Source: Eukaryota sp. GEM-RC1 (Eukaryota). From it: a DNA stretch of 64,000 nucleotides. Made by a program: the position numbers and the translations under genes. Below the pieces are notes generated by a model that had not been told where the DNA came from, searched no databases, and saw only the letters and a list, made by a program, of their open reading frames with translations. The DNA lies in assembly GCA_040285855.1 (NCBI GenBank), contig JAUFOQ010000005.1, positions 1,240,001-1,304,000 on the forward strand, written 5' to 3'. This document shows positions 22,174 through 34,094 of the stretch, piece after piece. How positions within the stretch are numbered: the stretch's first letter is position 1; every line of letters begins with the position of its first letter.

Positions 22174-24505
22174 GAGACTGACTAAATTGACAACTTACCA
22201 CACAACTTTGGCTAAAAACACAATATAGTGCACGAGAAATTTTTGTCGTGCTACAATTCTTTCTTACCTTTCAATCATGTGATTGCTACATGATACTCAA
22301 TCAAAAATAGTTTATTACCTTCCAGTACAATACATCTTACGTTTCTACTCTAGCTACACTTTGGGCAGGCTCTGAGTTTCTTCTAGGACAAGTTCTTTTG
22401 TTGTGACCTCTAACTTGACATACTGGTTTAACGAAGTTCTTCCCTGTTAGCGGCTTGTGGAATTGATTGTACTTCTTGCAAAACCATCTCGAGTCTAGGC
22501 AACAACACTTCTTGCTGCAACTCAGTAAGATTGTGAATTGCGTTTCACAGTTCCCGGAATCTACTCAGTTCTTCTTGCATTTCAACACCATCTTCTTGTA
22601 TCTCTTCAGGAGGAACTTGGTTAAGTATGTTCTGAGATTCTTCTCCATTTATCTGAGGATGTACCTCGTCTTCTGCTAGATTGGTTCCACCTTCAACGTG
22701 GATCTTTACAACTAAACCTGTGGGTAAGCCTAAAGCATACAGCTTTTGGTCTAATACAGTATCAGTATCTTCATAGTTCATTTCTTGTACAACTTCCATA
22801 TTCCTAAGTAAATGACGGAGAGCAAATCTGCTCACAACTCCAACCAAAGATCGACATATATGATCTTGAAGTAGCTGCATTAGATTGACGCAGGGTATCC
22901 AGGAGTTCCTCGTTCTTCTTCGAAGGAATATGGAGGAGATATGGTGGTAAGAGTATTGATGTTGTCACTCATAGGCAGTAAAGACTCGTACGTATGAGAG
23001 GAGAGGATGTTTTGGAATGAGAAGTCATGCTATGGTATAAGCGATCACGTCAGCAGAACAGCAGTATCACATCACCGAAAATTGTCGTGTTACTATATTG
23101 TGTTTTTAGCATAGTTGCAAATCACAAATTTTTGTGATGTGATTTTGTGATGTGATTGGTGTGATGTGAGTGAATCACAAACACAGCGTTTGTGATGAGA
23201 TTTTGTGATTTGTGATGTGATTGCATCACGTGTACTTTGTGTTGTGATGACAAACTGTAGTCCTGTACAGTTCTTCTATCCCAAGTATCTCGAATTATTC
23301 GAGGAGAAGTAGAATATGAATTGTTCTGGCCCCACTTGAAACTAATTGTTGCCGCAGTAACCCCATGGTTGAGCTTACTGCGAATGCCCGATGAATCAGC
23401 ATCTGGATTTTCTTCATTCTTTTTGTGGGCATATGGAGTGACTCGATCCAAAATGGAACATTGTATTTTTTCCACATCAAGGTCCATTAACGATGAGTAT
23501 GGCCAAGAAATTTTTACCGAACACTTATGCGAATTGCCGAACGCAAATCTTAGACGATATTGCTAAGTTTCGACTGGACTATATTTCTTCTCCTGGACTG
23601 ATTTTCTCCCGAATCCTAAATCCCTCATTACATGCGGCAAACGTCCATCTGTTTGCTGATCAAGAACGGATGCTTATTCTCCAGCAGTACTTTGATCTCA
23701 ATTTTGCTGACCATGCACAACAGCTTAAAGTAGAGTTGACTGAGTATATAGAGTCCGGTTACTCGTTTACTGATCTTGATGACATTGCTTCTCATACATG
23801 GTGGATTGCTACCGGACAATCTTCTTTTCCTTTACTCTCAAAAATTGCGCCCAGAATAACTCAAAATGCTGCCCGTGCTTCTTCCACAGAAAGGAATAGG
23901 TCTACGTTTGACCATCAGTTACCAAAACGTAGAAGCCGTCTGGGTACCGACTTACTGAATGACTCTGTGACCATTGCATTCAACTATCCACTACTCCAAA
24001 GGAAGCCTGCTGATATGACGATGAACAGAATGATTTTAGCTTTAACTGCAGCACCAGAGCAAGTGATGCTGAACGAATCATTGATTGTTCCCGTCTCCGA
24101 TACTGATATCACTACAATTGACGAAGTTGATTTAGATCTCAGTATGAATGAGGAATGTATAGAGGAAGTTATTGATGTAGATTTCGTAGAGCCTAACGAA
24201 TGTCAGGGGGGACAAGTTAGAAGTTCTGCTGTTTTAGTTGAGAAAGAAGATAGTGTACTACCGCTTCCCAAACAAAATAGGGGTTTTTTTGTAATACATG
24301 TATGTATGTTTATAAAGACTTGTATTTGGTACTTTTATGTAAACTTGTGATGAAATCTATCACATAAATCACACAAATCACGTGTGATGTGATGGATGTG
24401 ATGTGATTGCTGTGATGTGAGGGAATCACAAAGTAATATTTTTGTGATTTACAACTATGGTTTTTAGTCAATGTTGTGTGGTAAGTTGTCAATTTAGTCA
24501 GTCTC
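22174..24505 (-). mobile_element. Mutator-like element with transposase remnant; right TIR interrupted by a hAT element
   Basis: Long TIR GAGACTGACTAAATTGACAACTTACCACACAAC at both ends; TSD ATTTTATA (22166-22173, 24506-24513); minus-strand remnants LVGVVSRFAL...GLP and knuckle PVCQVRGHNKRTCP (~22385-22430). Confidence 0.8.
23110..24459 (+). mobile_element. Internally deleted hAT element encoding the C-terminal dimerization region (ORF 23493-24350)
   Basis: TIR CATAGTTG(C/T)AAATCACAAA; perfect TSD GTTTTTAG (23102-23109, 24460-24467); GTGAT repeats; WW....FPLLSKIA..ASSTERNRSTF...KRRSRL. Confidence 0.9.
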
Positions 24506-24630
24506 ATTTTATAATGCAATACTTGATAGTAAGATATTCTTCATAAGTCTGACTGCTCTCTGTAATCTGAAGACTCCTTGGGATGAACTTCACTGTAGAG
24601 TGAAGAAGGTATCAGTTTTATGTTTCATCT

Positions 24631-26181
24631 ATGTTCAGGTCTCCCAAACACAAGTTACCCAGAAAAGAACCTACTGATCCTGCTTTTAGGGTTCATCCTC
24701 TAGATGTCTATGTCTCTATTCTACATCATCTTCCTATCTCTGATGTCATCAGATCATTCACGATCTCTTCTCGATTTGCAACAGCTGCTTCAACTGTTCT
24801 CGATGACAAGACCAGACTCTCTTTTCATCGCGAATACCTGTTATCCCCTTCATTTTTCTCCCATATCCATGAAGTTCTTCCTAATCTCCACCACATCTCT
24901 TTCCAAGTTCCTCATTTGAACAGAAGATCTGCCTGCTACATTGGTGGGATACTCGCTTCTTCATTTCTCCATTTACGATCTCTTTTGACAGTATCTCTAT
25001 ATGAAGACTCCCCCGGGTACCTTACTCAGTGTTTCATTGATAAATACCCCATTGACCGGCTCTCTTTTTTCCACTGTGACTTCCCCCATCTCTTCCACTA
25101 CTATTTCTCTTCTGATAACGTAGACCTCACCGCTCACATTCATCTTCAAAACTATTATCTTCCTCATTCTAGCTCTATTGATTCAGTCATGTGCATTGTT
25201 CCTAGACTACCTTCGTTGAGGGAGTTATCTTGCAGTGCTAATCATTTTGGATATCTTTCGTCTGATCACGTGCCTTTTGAGTTGATTTCTAATTTAGAAG
25301 TATTGAGGATTAATGGAAAGTTGACAGTTGAAAGTAGTAAAGTTGTGGGACAATTGGAAAATTTAAAACATTTGGAAATTTTTGATATGGATGTTGTGAC
25401 TAGTCATATTTTGAATATCTTACATAACCTTTCATTTTTAAAAATTCCAAATATTCCATGGGATTTTTCTTTTGATATTTCCCTTCCTATTCTCATTGAA
25501 TCTCTTCATTTAAACGATTTATCAAAGAGCTGTAGTCTTCGTAAACTGGTTAATCTCAGTAAATTATCGATAATAAGGTGTCCGTCAGTATTAGATGCCT
25601 CAACTCTTGTAAACTTTTCTCAGCTGATGGTTCTTTCAATCGCCAACGTGATTCCTGATTCAATTCTGTCCATGATTAGTGTTGATTGCCATCATTTGAA
25701 AGAAGTCAATTTCCGATTGACCACCATGACGTCACCAACTATTCTTCTTTCTGTCATTATCAATTGCTCTCACGTGACTCTTCGAGGTCACATCCCAGAT
25801 CTTAGTTCCATTTATACCACGATTAATCCCCTTGTTAGACTCCGGCATTTGTCCATTCATCAAGAGGACGAAGAGTGTTTGGGAAATTATTGGTTACGAA
25901 TTGCACCAAATTTAAAATATGTTTTTTTGAGTAATGTTGCTATCAGTTCTTCTTTTGTTGAATCTCTGGAATTTCTACATGCTCTGAATCTTGTAGATTG
26001 TAGTGTTGAGCTTAATAATCATCAATTTAGCAAAGTTGAACTGTCTACTAATTCTAAGGATGTTTCAGTTCAAATTTTTTCACAATATTTTAATTCCCTC
26101 GGCTGTGACTTTTGGTCAATCTCATATACAAGCTCTGTGAGTGTTACCATTTCTATAGATTCTATTTCTGAATTAATTTGA
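24631..26181 (+). CDS. F-box/LRR-like protein
   Basis: PLDVYVSILHHLPISDVIRSFTISSRF (F-box-like) followed by degenerate LxxLxL repeats. Confidence 0.6.
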   Translation: MFRSPKHKLPRKEPTDPAFRVHPLDVYVSILHHLPISDVIRSFTISSRFATAASTVLDDKTRLSFHREYLLSPSFFSHIHEVLPNLHHISFQVPHLNRRSACYIGGILASSFLHLRSLLTVSLYEDSPGYLTQCFIDKYPIDRLSFFHCDFPHLFHYYFSSDNVDLTAHIHLQNYYLPHSSSIDSVMCIVPRLPSLRELSCSANHFGYLSSDHVPFELISNLEVLRINGKLTVESSKVVGQLENLKHLEIFDMDVVTSHILNILHNLSFLKIPNIPWDFSFDISLPILIESLHLNDLSKSCSLRKLVNLSKLSIIRCPSVLDASTLVNFSQLMVLSIANVIPDSILSMISVDCHHLKEVNFRLTTMTSPTILLSVIINCSHVTLRGHIPDLSSIYTTINPLVRLRHLSIHQEDEECLGNYWLRIAPNLKYVFLSNVAISSSFVESLEFLHALNLVDCSVELNNHQFSKVELSTNSKDVSVQIFSQYFNSLGCDFWSISYTSSVSVTISIDSISELI

Positions 26182-26264
26182 CTGTATTAAAGTACAGTAG
26201 TGTGATTGATACATTCTCTTAATTGTTAATAATCTAATCTGTTTGATATGTACAAGAAATTTAT

Positions 26265-27188
26265 TTACAATGTATCTACAGTAATGGACATTTCGAATGT
26301 TAACGTTTCATTGTGAGCAAGTTTGAACAATCCTGAATCAATACCGAAATTCTTCATCAAATTGAAAGCATCATTGGCATTGACTACTGGTTCAAGAGCA
26401 AAAAACGGTTTGTCCATTGGGTTGTAAGCAATGAAATGTTTAACATTTGGAGAAGTTTGAATGGAAACTTTCATGTTTAGATCAGGATACAGAATTGAGG
26501 CATGTCCATCAAATCCAGAATAGCAATAATCCATTTCCTTTTGGAAGGGTTTAGCAGTATGGAAATCAAGGTCAGAAGGGATTGGTTGTGGAGGACCAGC
26601 AGGGATTGTTGGAACGTCTGAACTTCCAGGATAAATGCCTTTACAGGAGAACTCAATCTTCGGTTCCGCTCCATGTCTGCAGAAATATGGATGGAAACCG
26701 CCACCGATCCATTGATCAGGGCGATCTAGGTTCTGAATGGAAACCTTTTGGGTGAGAGTGTTTTTATCGAGGGTGAATTCCGTGCAACAAGAGATTCTGT
26801 ATGGCCAATTCCAGTCCTGTGAGGAAGTTCTGGATTCAATGTCTGCTGAATCAAACTTGAAACAGAAATATGTGAGCTTGTTTTTGGGAGATGTGCGGCA
26901 GCAAAACCATGGACGATTTCGAACATCGCCGTGAATGGCGTGCTTTTCTGGGAAGGATAGCTTGAAAGATTGGTTGTTCATTATCAACTCACCATTTCTT
27001 ATACGATTGGAGTACGGAACCATAAGAAAAGACGACGCGCTGAGAGAATCAGAAGCAGGAGGCATGATATCTACCCAGTTATTGGATACTCGTGCTTTGA
27101 AGGAGACTATAGACGCCCCTATTACTGATACGGTGACTTCAAGAACATCGTTTGCAAGAGTGTATGTATAGCTACGATCGACAGGCAT
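26265..27188 (-). CDS. Aldose 1-epimerase (mutarotase) family, bacterial YphB/YihR-like
   Basis: MVPYSNRIRNG, HAIHGD, GFHPYF, FALEPV..ANDAFN. Confidence 0.85.
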   Translation of the reverse strand: MPVDRSYTYTLANDVLEVTVSVIGASIVSFKARVSNNWVDIMPPASDSLSASSFLMVPYSNRIRNGELIMNNQSFKLSFPEKHAIHGDVRNRPWFCCRTSPKNKLTYFCFKFDSADIESRTSSQDWNWPYRISCCTEFTLDKNTLTQKVSIQNLDRPDQWIGGGFHPYFCRHGAEPKIEFSCKGIYPGSSDVPTIPAGPPQPIPSDLDFHTAKPFQKEMDYCYSGFDGHASILYPDLNMKVSIQTSPNVKHFIAYNPMDKPFFALEPVVNANDAFNLMKNFGIDSGLFKLAHNETLTFEMSITVDTL

Positions 27189-28347
27189 TCACTGGAACAA
27201 AATGGTGATTGAATTGTCATTCTTGGCTTTCCAGTTCAATGAATGTCAAACCGTCTTCTTTCTAAAGTTGTACTAGTAGTAATTGGTAGTGAATCCTTGT
27301 ACCACCATAATCTCTGTTCAAATTCACCTGGCTTCACCAAATTAGTCTACAATTCTAAATTCAAGCAGAGTAGTTTACAGTGGCTAAAAGATTATGTACT
27401 CTTAGGTCAATAAACTATGACCTGATCTCGATCCTATTGTAAGAAGTGTTCGGACTCTGATATTCACATTATTATTATGTACAGTACATAGAGTCTATTG
27501 GCAACAATGAATTAATACAAACTAATTCAGAAAATGAAAGAAGTTAAATCCTCCACATCAACACGAGAATTATCCCTATACAACTTCGAATAGACGGAAC
27601 TTGTATACTTGGGAATGCTTCTATAAAGAGCAAACATAATTCGATTAATCCATAAAGCACTATTACAAATCTTGTCATTAGTACGGCAAAAAGACTAAAA
27701 TCGTACAACAATTTTAAACTGGACCGATATTACCAAAAATTGAAATTGCAAATTATTATTACAGTTCTATTTTGGCAGCTTATCCCCACTGTTTGAATTT
27801 TTATTAAACTGAGGGGTTTGTTTCGGTAACGTTTACAAAGAATGTAGTTTCTGGAAAGCCCATATGGTAGTTTGTACAGAAGGAAAGTGTACGGAGATAT
27901 GAAAGAATGGTCTTGGGCTCCAAATTGGAAACCATAGAGAAGAGAAACTTTACATGGGTTTACATTAAAACGTCGCGGGATAGTCGGTAGAGCATGAAAG
28001 ATTGGCCATCAGAAGTTTGGTCAACAAATTGTTTCTACTGTAGATTGTATTACTGTTACTTTTTTATCAAGATCTATATATCTGCAGCGAACATATACTA
28101 TACATATACTGCTTTAAGGTCTTTAAAGTGGAACCGGGTTCAATTTAGTCTCTTTTTGTAATAAAACACCTAATAAGAATTTCAAAGTATTGTTTAGATA
28201 TTTTGATTCGATTTTGAACCAGCTCTTTGCATTGAGACATGAATTTGAGATGATGTAGAGTTATTGGTATCTCATTTGTCATCATTAATGATGGGCTTTA
28301 TTTGTATGATTAAATAAAAGGTGTTTTTTCTAGATTGTGTTCTAACA

Positions 28348-29110
28348 TGTCTTCTTCTTCTCCAATGAAGAGTAGCCGATCATGCAATGATACTGTTTCA
28401 GTTGGTCACGTTATTGGGTATAAGAAGATCCCCTCTTCTACAACATCCTCTTCAAATTCTAGCTCTGATGTATCATATGCGTCATGCTCGTCTGCCCTTT
28501 CTCCATCAACTCACTTGCGATTTCAACAATCCTTGCTCACTTTAATCCATCTTCGTTTTCTGAGTCGTTTGTTAGCACCATCTCTTGAATGGAATCATAT
28601 TAGGCATCCTAGTGTTCTCATCAGTTTAAAGAATGATATCTTTCTTTAAAAAAACTTGGCTGGGTGCTCTTTTTGCAGTCAAGGTCTTTCTTCAAACAAA
28701 CACGTTTCATATCATTCCTAAAGATCTTTCTCAACTCTGTACATTGGCTTCTTTCTTTGAAGCAGATGTTAAGTCTGTTTTCTTTCATGTATCTGGATCT
28801 TTAACTGTTGATGAACTTCTTCAATATTCCACCATAATTTCAGGATTGGAATTGAAATTAAAGAATTACAATGATTTGAAGTTTGTGAACATGTCTTCTT
28901 GTATTTTTACACGTCTTTAACAACTTCATGTCAGAGGTGCTTCTAATTGTGTGTCTTTGATCGAATTTTTAAAATTCAATGGTACAATTACAAGACTTGA
29001 TTTGAGGTTGAATTGTATTGGAGATGACGGTGCTAAAGCTTTGGCGGGTGTGTTGAAAGTGAATAGTATACACTTTTTGATGATATCAGAGGTCTTGAAG
29101 AATAACATTA
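28348..29110 (+). pseudogene. Divergent LRR-family paralog 1 (one recognisable repeat), disrupted
   Basis: QQSLLTLIHLRFL, LASFFEADVKSVFFH, LDLRLNCIGDDGAKALA; frameshift ~28648 and TAA at 28918-28920. Confidence 0.8.
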
Positions 29111-29472
29111 AAATAGGAATGTGCTCCCAAGAATGTCTTAGGGACTTATTAGAGTTACAACTGTGTCTGAAAGGTGATCAGATTCGGAACACTAAATTTC
29201 TAAATTAGTGCGTTAGATAGTATTTCTACCAAAGGTAATGTAACGAAAAAGCTTAAGTGCAAGTATGAAGTGCACGGTAATTGGAAAACCAATCAGACCA
29301 AGAAATGTGGAAGTGTAAATCGAAATGGAACAATAACATGGAAATTGAAGGGGAAGAGAAATGAATTGCATTTTGCATATGTTTGGTTCAACCAGTGTTC
29401 GAAATTTCCCACGTGTTTTTTAAAAGACACCGTATCGGTGTTAACACGCGTGTTTACACGGTGTCTTTGATG

Positions 29473-30710
29473 CAGGCTTGTAAAAAACGTTGCTCAAATG
29501 TAAAAAACGTCGTTTTTATCGTTTTTTACGTTTTTTTTCGAATTCCATAAAAAACGTTCAAAAGGGGCAGGTCAACTTTTTCAACTTTTCACTTTTGTCT
29601 CACTTCATTTTCATCAACCAAATCTTTTATAGTTCGATCATTACAGATATGTTCTTTGGAGATTGCAAAGATAACACCATGGAGATGAAGTACAGTGTTC
29701 ATCTAACGATGATCACGTGGTCAGGACGGGAAGAAAACAAGGTGTATGCAACAAAAACACTGTTCGAGTGTACCTGAAGGTCGTTTCACTCAGATACAGA
29801 ACCAAAGAGTACATTCTGTACCAGGGGTGGGCAAACAATATTGCAATAAATATAAACGTTTTTTAGCCATAAACTAAATATTGCAAATATGAAAGAGTAC
29901 CAATAAATATTGCAATTCTTCAACCAATGTCGCAATATTTCAATATTGCAACAATATGAATCATATGATGTATGTACTACAAAAAAACCCACGTATTCAA
30001 TTGTCCATCATCATCAGAAGTATCCGAAATAATCTCAATATCATTATCTACATCATCAAGTTTTTTACTGCTCATGAGAAGTCTTACAGAAGCTTCATCC
30101 TAAAAAATGACTGTTTTCTTTCATCATTATTTGCATTTCAAGACTAAAGAACTTCAGAAGAAATGACTTCAGAAGAAAAAATATACATTGCACATCTGTA
30201 AACACTCGAACTGAGCTCAAATGACAGACATTATGACAATACAACAACCAAAAATCATCACCGATCCATCAACTCTCGCTATATTTAAACACATAAGACA
30301 GCAAAACGGGTTTTGGGAGTCCAACTGGTGAAGCAAAACAACAAAATGACGTATATTAGCAATATTGCAATAATGCAAGAATTAACCGGTGTAACAATAA
30401 ATATTGGTCTACCTCAAAGAGCGGGAATAAATATTGGAGCAATATTTATTGCAATTTTGGAAGAGCAATATTGTTTTCCCACCCCTGTTCTGTACCAGCA
30501 ATAGTGTCACCAATAAATGTTCTTGCCTTGTTTCTGTCTTGCTTGGTCAGAAACAACATACTTAAACAACACCTGTCATATTAAGACAAAAGTGGAGTAG
30601 AAAGTCGTGCTTTTTGTGTCAATCCAGATTATAAAAAACGTTGACAAGAATAAAAAACGTCGTTTTTTTCAAAATTCGGTTTAAACGTTTTTTATCAAGT
30701 AACAAGCCTG
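29473..30710. mobile_element. hAT-type element, middle layer
   Basis: TIR CAGGCTTGT / ACAAGCCTG; perfect TSD CTTTGATG; AAAACG repeats. Confidence 0.88.
29822..30487. mobile_element. hAT-type element, inner layer
   Basis: TIR CAGGGGTGGG(C/A)AAACAATATTGC; perfect TSD TTCTGTAC; CAATA/TATTGC repeats. Confidence 0.9.
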
Positions 30711-32030
30711 CTTTGATGTGTTTTTTGGGTGTTTTTGCGTGTTCTTTCGAAAAAAAATTCTCATCAACTATACAGAGTTTGACTATCAAAACATTCTTTT
30801 GGGCCACTTCTTGCCTTTATCTGACATCCACATCACTGATTCTGGGATTTTCTGTGATTCTGTTGAGTTAAATTGTGTTCTAGGTTTGTTTGACAACGCA
30901 TCATGTCAGTATTTTGGCCACTTTTCTGTTGGCATTGCAGTCTATTGTGGTATAACATATAGAAAAACATTCAAGTCAAACAATATCGAGGGAAATAAAA
31001 GGGTACTTTCGAAGTTTTCTAGGATTTTTGCAGAGAAACACGCACACGCGGTGTCTTTTTGCGTGTTTTTTTGCGTGTTTTTCAAAAGACACGTGTCCGT
31101 ATCCAAACGTGTCCACGCGTGTCTTGGAACACTGGGTTCAACACGGTGTTGGAAAACATTCAACACGAGCAATAACTCACTTTAAGATCAACCAAAGTAC
31201 TAAGTAGACTGAGATACAGTCAATCTAATTTGAGAATTTGAATTTGAAAATATCAATCCACTTTATTGTTATTTAGTTCTTTTTTTATGTTGTCTGGTTC
31301 AGACTAATAATACCGGTTAGTGTAGTCGCTTGAATAACGTAAATACAGAACATAATAGTTACTTGTGTTAATAGCAAAGTGTAAAACTTGTTAAAGAATT
31401 CATTTAAATTGTACTAGTACTGTACAGTACACGTTTCTAAACTTGGAGCCTTTTCTTGATTTATGAGTGATAGTGTATAAATTACATTACATATTTCCCA
31501 CAAATAGTAGTTTTTGGACCTTCTGAAGGTCTGAGTAGACATCCGTCGAACACCGGTGTTTTAACATACTGGAATTACCAAGTTTCCTATTAACATTTCC
31601 GTTGGCACAAATAAATGTCAGACAAAAAGGTCTGATTAACCTGATGGCGCAAATGTTCGGAAAATTAGTTACCAAAAGAAGCAAGATCCGTGAAATGTCC
31701 CAACGGTTTTGTCTTTTGGATATATTCTACGGACATGTGGAAAACTGATTCTGATCCCGTCAAATTACTATAGTCAGTTGGTTAACAGACAATAGCAATG
31801 TTGAACTCTAATGCGATGAATGCATCCAAATGTTCGGACCCAATGGTCTAACAAGGGCACTTTTCTTACATTCCGGCAATGCAAGCGAATGTCAAAAGAG
31901 ATTTTTGAGCTCCTTTTGACCACCAGTACATTTCCTTTCAACATGTATTCCAACGCCGACGAAGCTCCCCCCTGTAGAAGCCATTGATGGCTCCTTCTAT
32001 CATAACCCTGAAACGGTTTTCTTGAACAAA

Positions 32031-32666
32031 ATGATGAAGTTTGCACTTATACCCGCCATTGTCGAATTTTTCGTTTTTGGTGCTGTAGTTATCTATGATG
32101 TTTCCCTCCCACCAGCATTCACCGCGTCGCTTGCACTTCTTTCCCTCTTGTTCATCATCCTGTTTTACTTTGTTAGACTCACTACCAAAGCTCGCACCAT
32201 ATTATTCCCACTTTTCTTTGTCATTATTGTAGCTGCTCTTATTTCTCAACAGTACCTTTCTCTCCCATTCTGGGGCTTTTCTTTTGTAGTCATTACGGTT
32301 TGTACACTTTTAATGCTGTCCAAGAAGCCACTATCACAACAAAACTACTTCATTATCATTGTCATTTCTGCCGTCTTGATCTCCCTGATCTCCAATTACT
32401 TCATGAACACTACATCAACGAAAGCTTATTTAAGCACTGCCATCTCTATTTTCCTACCGTTGTTGTTCTTTGTGCTCAACCTTGATAAGTTATACGAGCA
32501 ATGGATTAAGTACAACGACCCCGTTTCTGCCGGTATCTATCTCTACATTGAATCCCATTACTTCTTTATTGCTCTCCTGAGATTCTGTTGTGGTTGCTGT
32601 GATCCAAAACGTGTTGTTGATGAGAACACACGTCACATTGTTGATGCAGGAGCTGTTCCTTTGTAG
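32031..32666 (+). CDS. Multi-pass membrane protein, Bax inhibitor-1 (TMBIM)-like
   Basis: 6-7 hydrophobic helices; C-terminal DPVSAGIYLYIESHYFFIALLRF resembles the BI-1 motif. Confidence 0.55.
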   Translation: MMKFALIPAIVEFFVFGAVVIYDVSLPPAFTASLALLSLLFIILFYFVRLTTKARTILFPLFFVIIVAALISQQYLSLPFWGFSFVVITVCTLLMLSKKPLSQQNYFIIIVISAVLISLISNYFMNTTSTKAYLSTAISIFLPLLFFVLNLDKLYEQWIKYNDPVSAGIYLYIESHYFFIALLRFCCGCCDPKRVVDENTRHIVDAGAVPL

Positions 32667-32797
32667 ATTGTTTTTGATATCGTTTATTTGTGTTTATAAA
32701 AAATAGATGTAAAACTCGCGCATTCGAAGAAGCGTTTAAAAACAGTTGTATAATCTAAAGTAGGTCACTGAAGAAGACCATATTTGTTAAGTTAATT

Positions 32798-33230
32798 ACT
32801 CTAATCATGGTAATTAGTCTCACCTAAACAATTTATTTTTCTGTCAATCAATATGATTAATAAAAGTGAGCATTTGTTTGGTACGTCTGTTTGATTTTCT
32901 CCCACAACAGTCATATTAGTATCGGCAAACCAACAAAAGGATGATCTAAAAATAGGGCATCATTGAAAAACACGGCGTATGGCAGAATTTCTTGACCTCT
33001 TGATAGAAACATCAGCGGGAGATGATATTCATTGGAAAATAGAAGACATATCGACGTGGTGCAGTACTTGTCTTAGTCGAAGGTTGTTCTATATGATACT
33101 ATAATTATTGTATTACAAAAAGTGAGACTAATTTCCAATCGGGTACATGTATCAGTTTGAAGTGTTACAACATGACAATTAGTGTGAGTGAAACTCATTT
33201 CCAATACAGACTAATTACCATGATTAGTGT
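32798..33230. mobile_element. Probable MITE
   Basis: 20-bp perfect inverted repeat CTAATCATGGTAATTAGTCT (32801-32820) / AGACTAATTACCATGATTAG (33208-33227); TSD not clear. Confidence 0.55.
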
Positions 33231-34094
33231 CTCAGTTTTGTTTGTTTTTGGTGAGTTGTTACAGAGAAAGTATTGTAATGATGACTTCAATCACCAAGTC
33301 TCTCACGACTTGAGTAACATTTGAAATGTAAGTATCCAATTTGTTCCCTGTCGGCTCTTAGTAGATCAACTGGGGAGATCAAACACGGTTTCACTAAAGT
33401 AGAAAGATAATGAAGTCACTTTACTTTACTTTATTTTTTTTGATCAAAATTTTTTTATTGGTAACAACACTACAGGGTCGATACATCTAATAATCATAAT
33501 AATCTAGATTGCCTAACTGGAAATTCTCACCTTCCTTCTTCTCATAATGTCTGCCAAGAAATAATAAAGCACTAGGCACATTTAAAGACCCAATTTAGCA
33601 ATTTAGCAAACCCAATTTGATTTTTCGAACATCTAAGACCAAAAGTCCTAGATGTTTCTTCTTTTACAATCTTCACAAAAAGTAAGTAATGATGTTGCAA
33701 ATAACCGTACAGTGAAAATACAATAGGGTACAACAAGTAATTCCAGTGAAACCGAATTCAATAATTTCAGTTTGACACAAGATTTTTTCATTTTAAATTT
33801 TTGACCAATCAACAGAGGGTTTTTAGCATTAGATTTAGCAAGTTTTTTGTTGGAATCATTACAAACATTGAGAGACACAACAACAATAAAAATTTCGGAA
33901 GGTAAAGTGATGCACCTCAAACTTGTTTATTTTGCTTTCTGAGCACAGTAAATATGTATTTTACCCTAGTTAATAGTGGACTAGTACACATGTTCTATTG
34001 TTGAAACTCACCAGTACAATTCATAAATTGATCATCAAACTTTACAAATTACCAGACTATAACACGAAGTCTTCAAGAAATTTATGTTGTGTAG

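Larger units (their letters stand above)
29393..31134. mobile_element. hAT-type element, outer layer of a triple nest
   Basis: TIR CAGTGTTC / GAACACTG; perfect TSD GGTTCAAC; ACACG repeats. Confidence 0.85.

Noticed and set aside
29270..31185. Cluster of 60-155 aa ORFs
   Set aside because: Mostly within nested MITEs, low complexity, no recognisable motifs.
33473..33968. Possible element with CAGGGT/ACCCTA ends and TTTAGC repeats
   Set aside because: Poor TIR match and no TSD.
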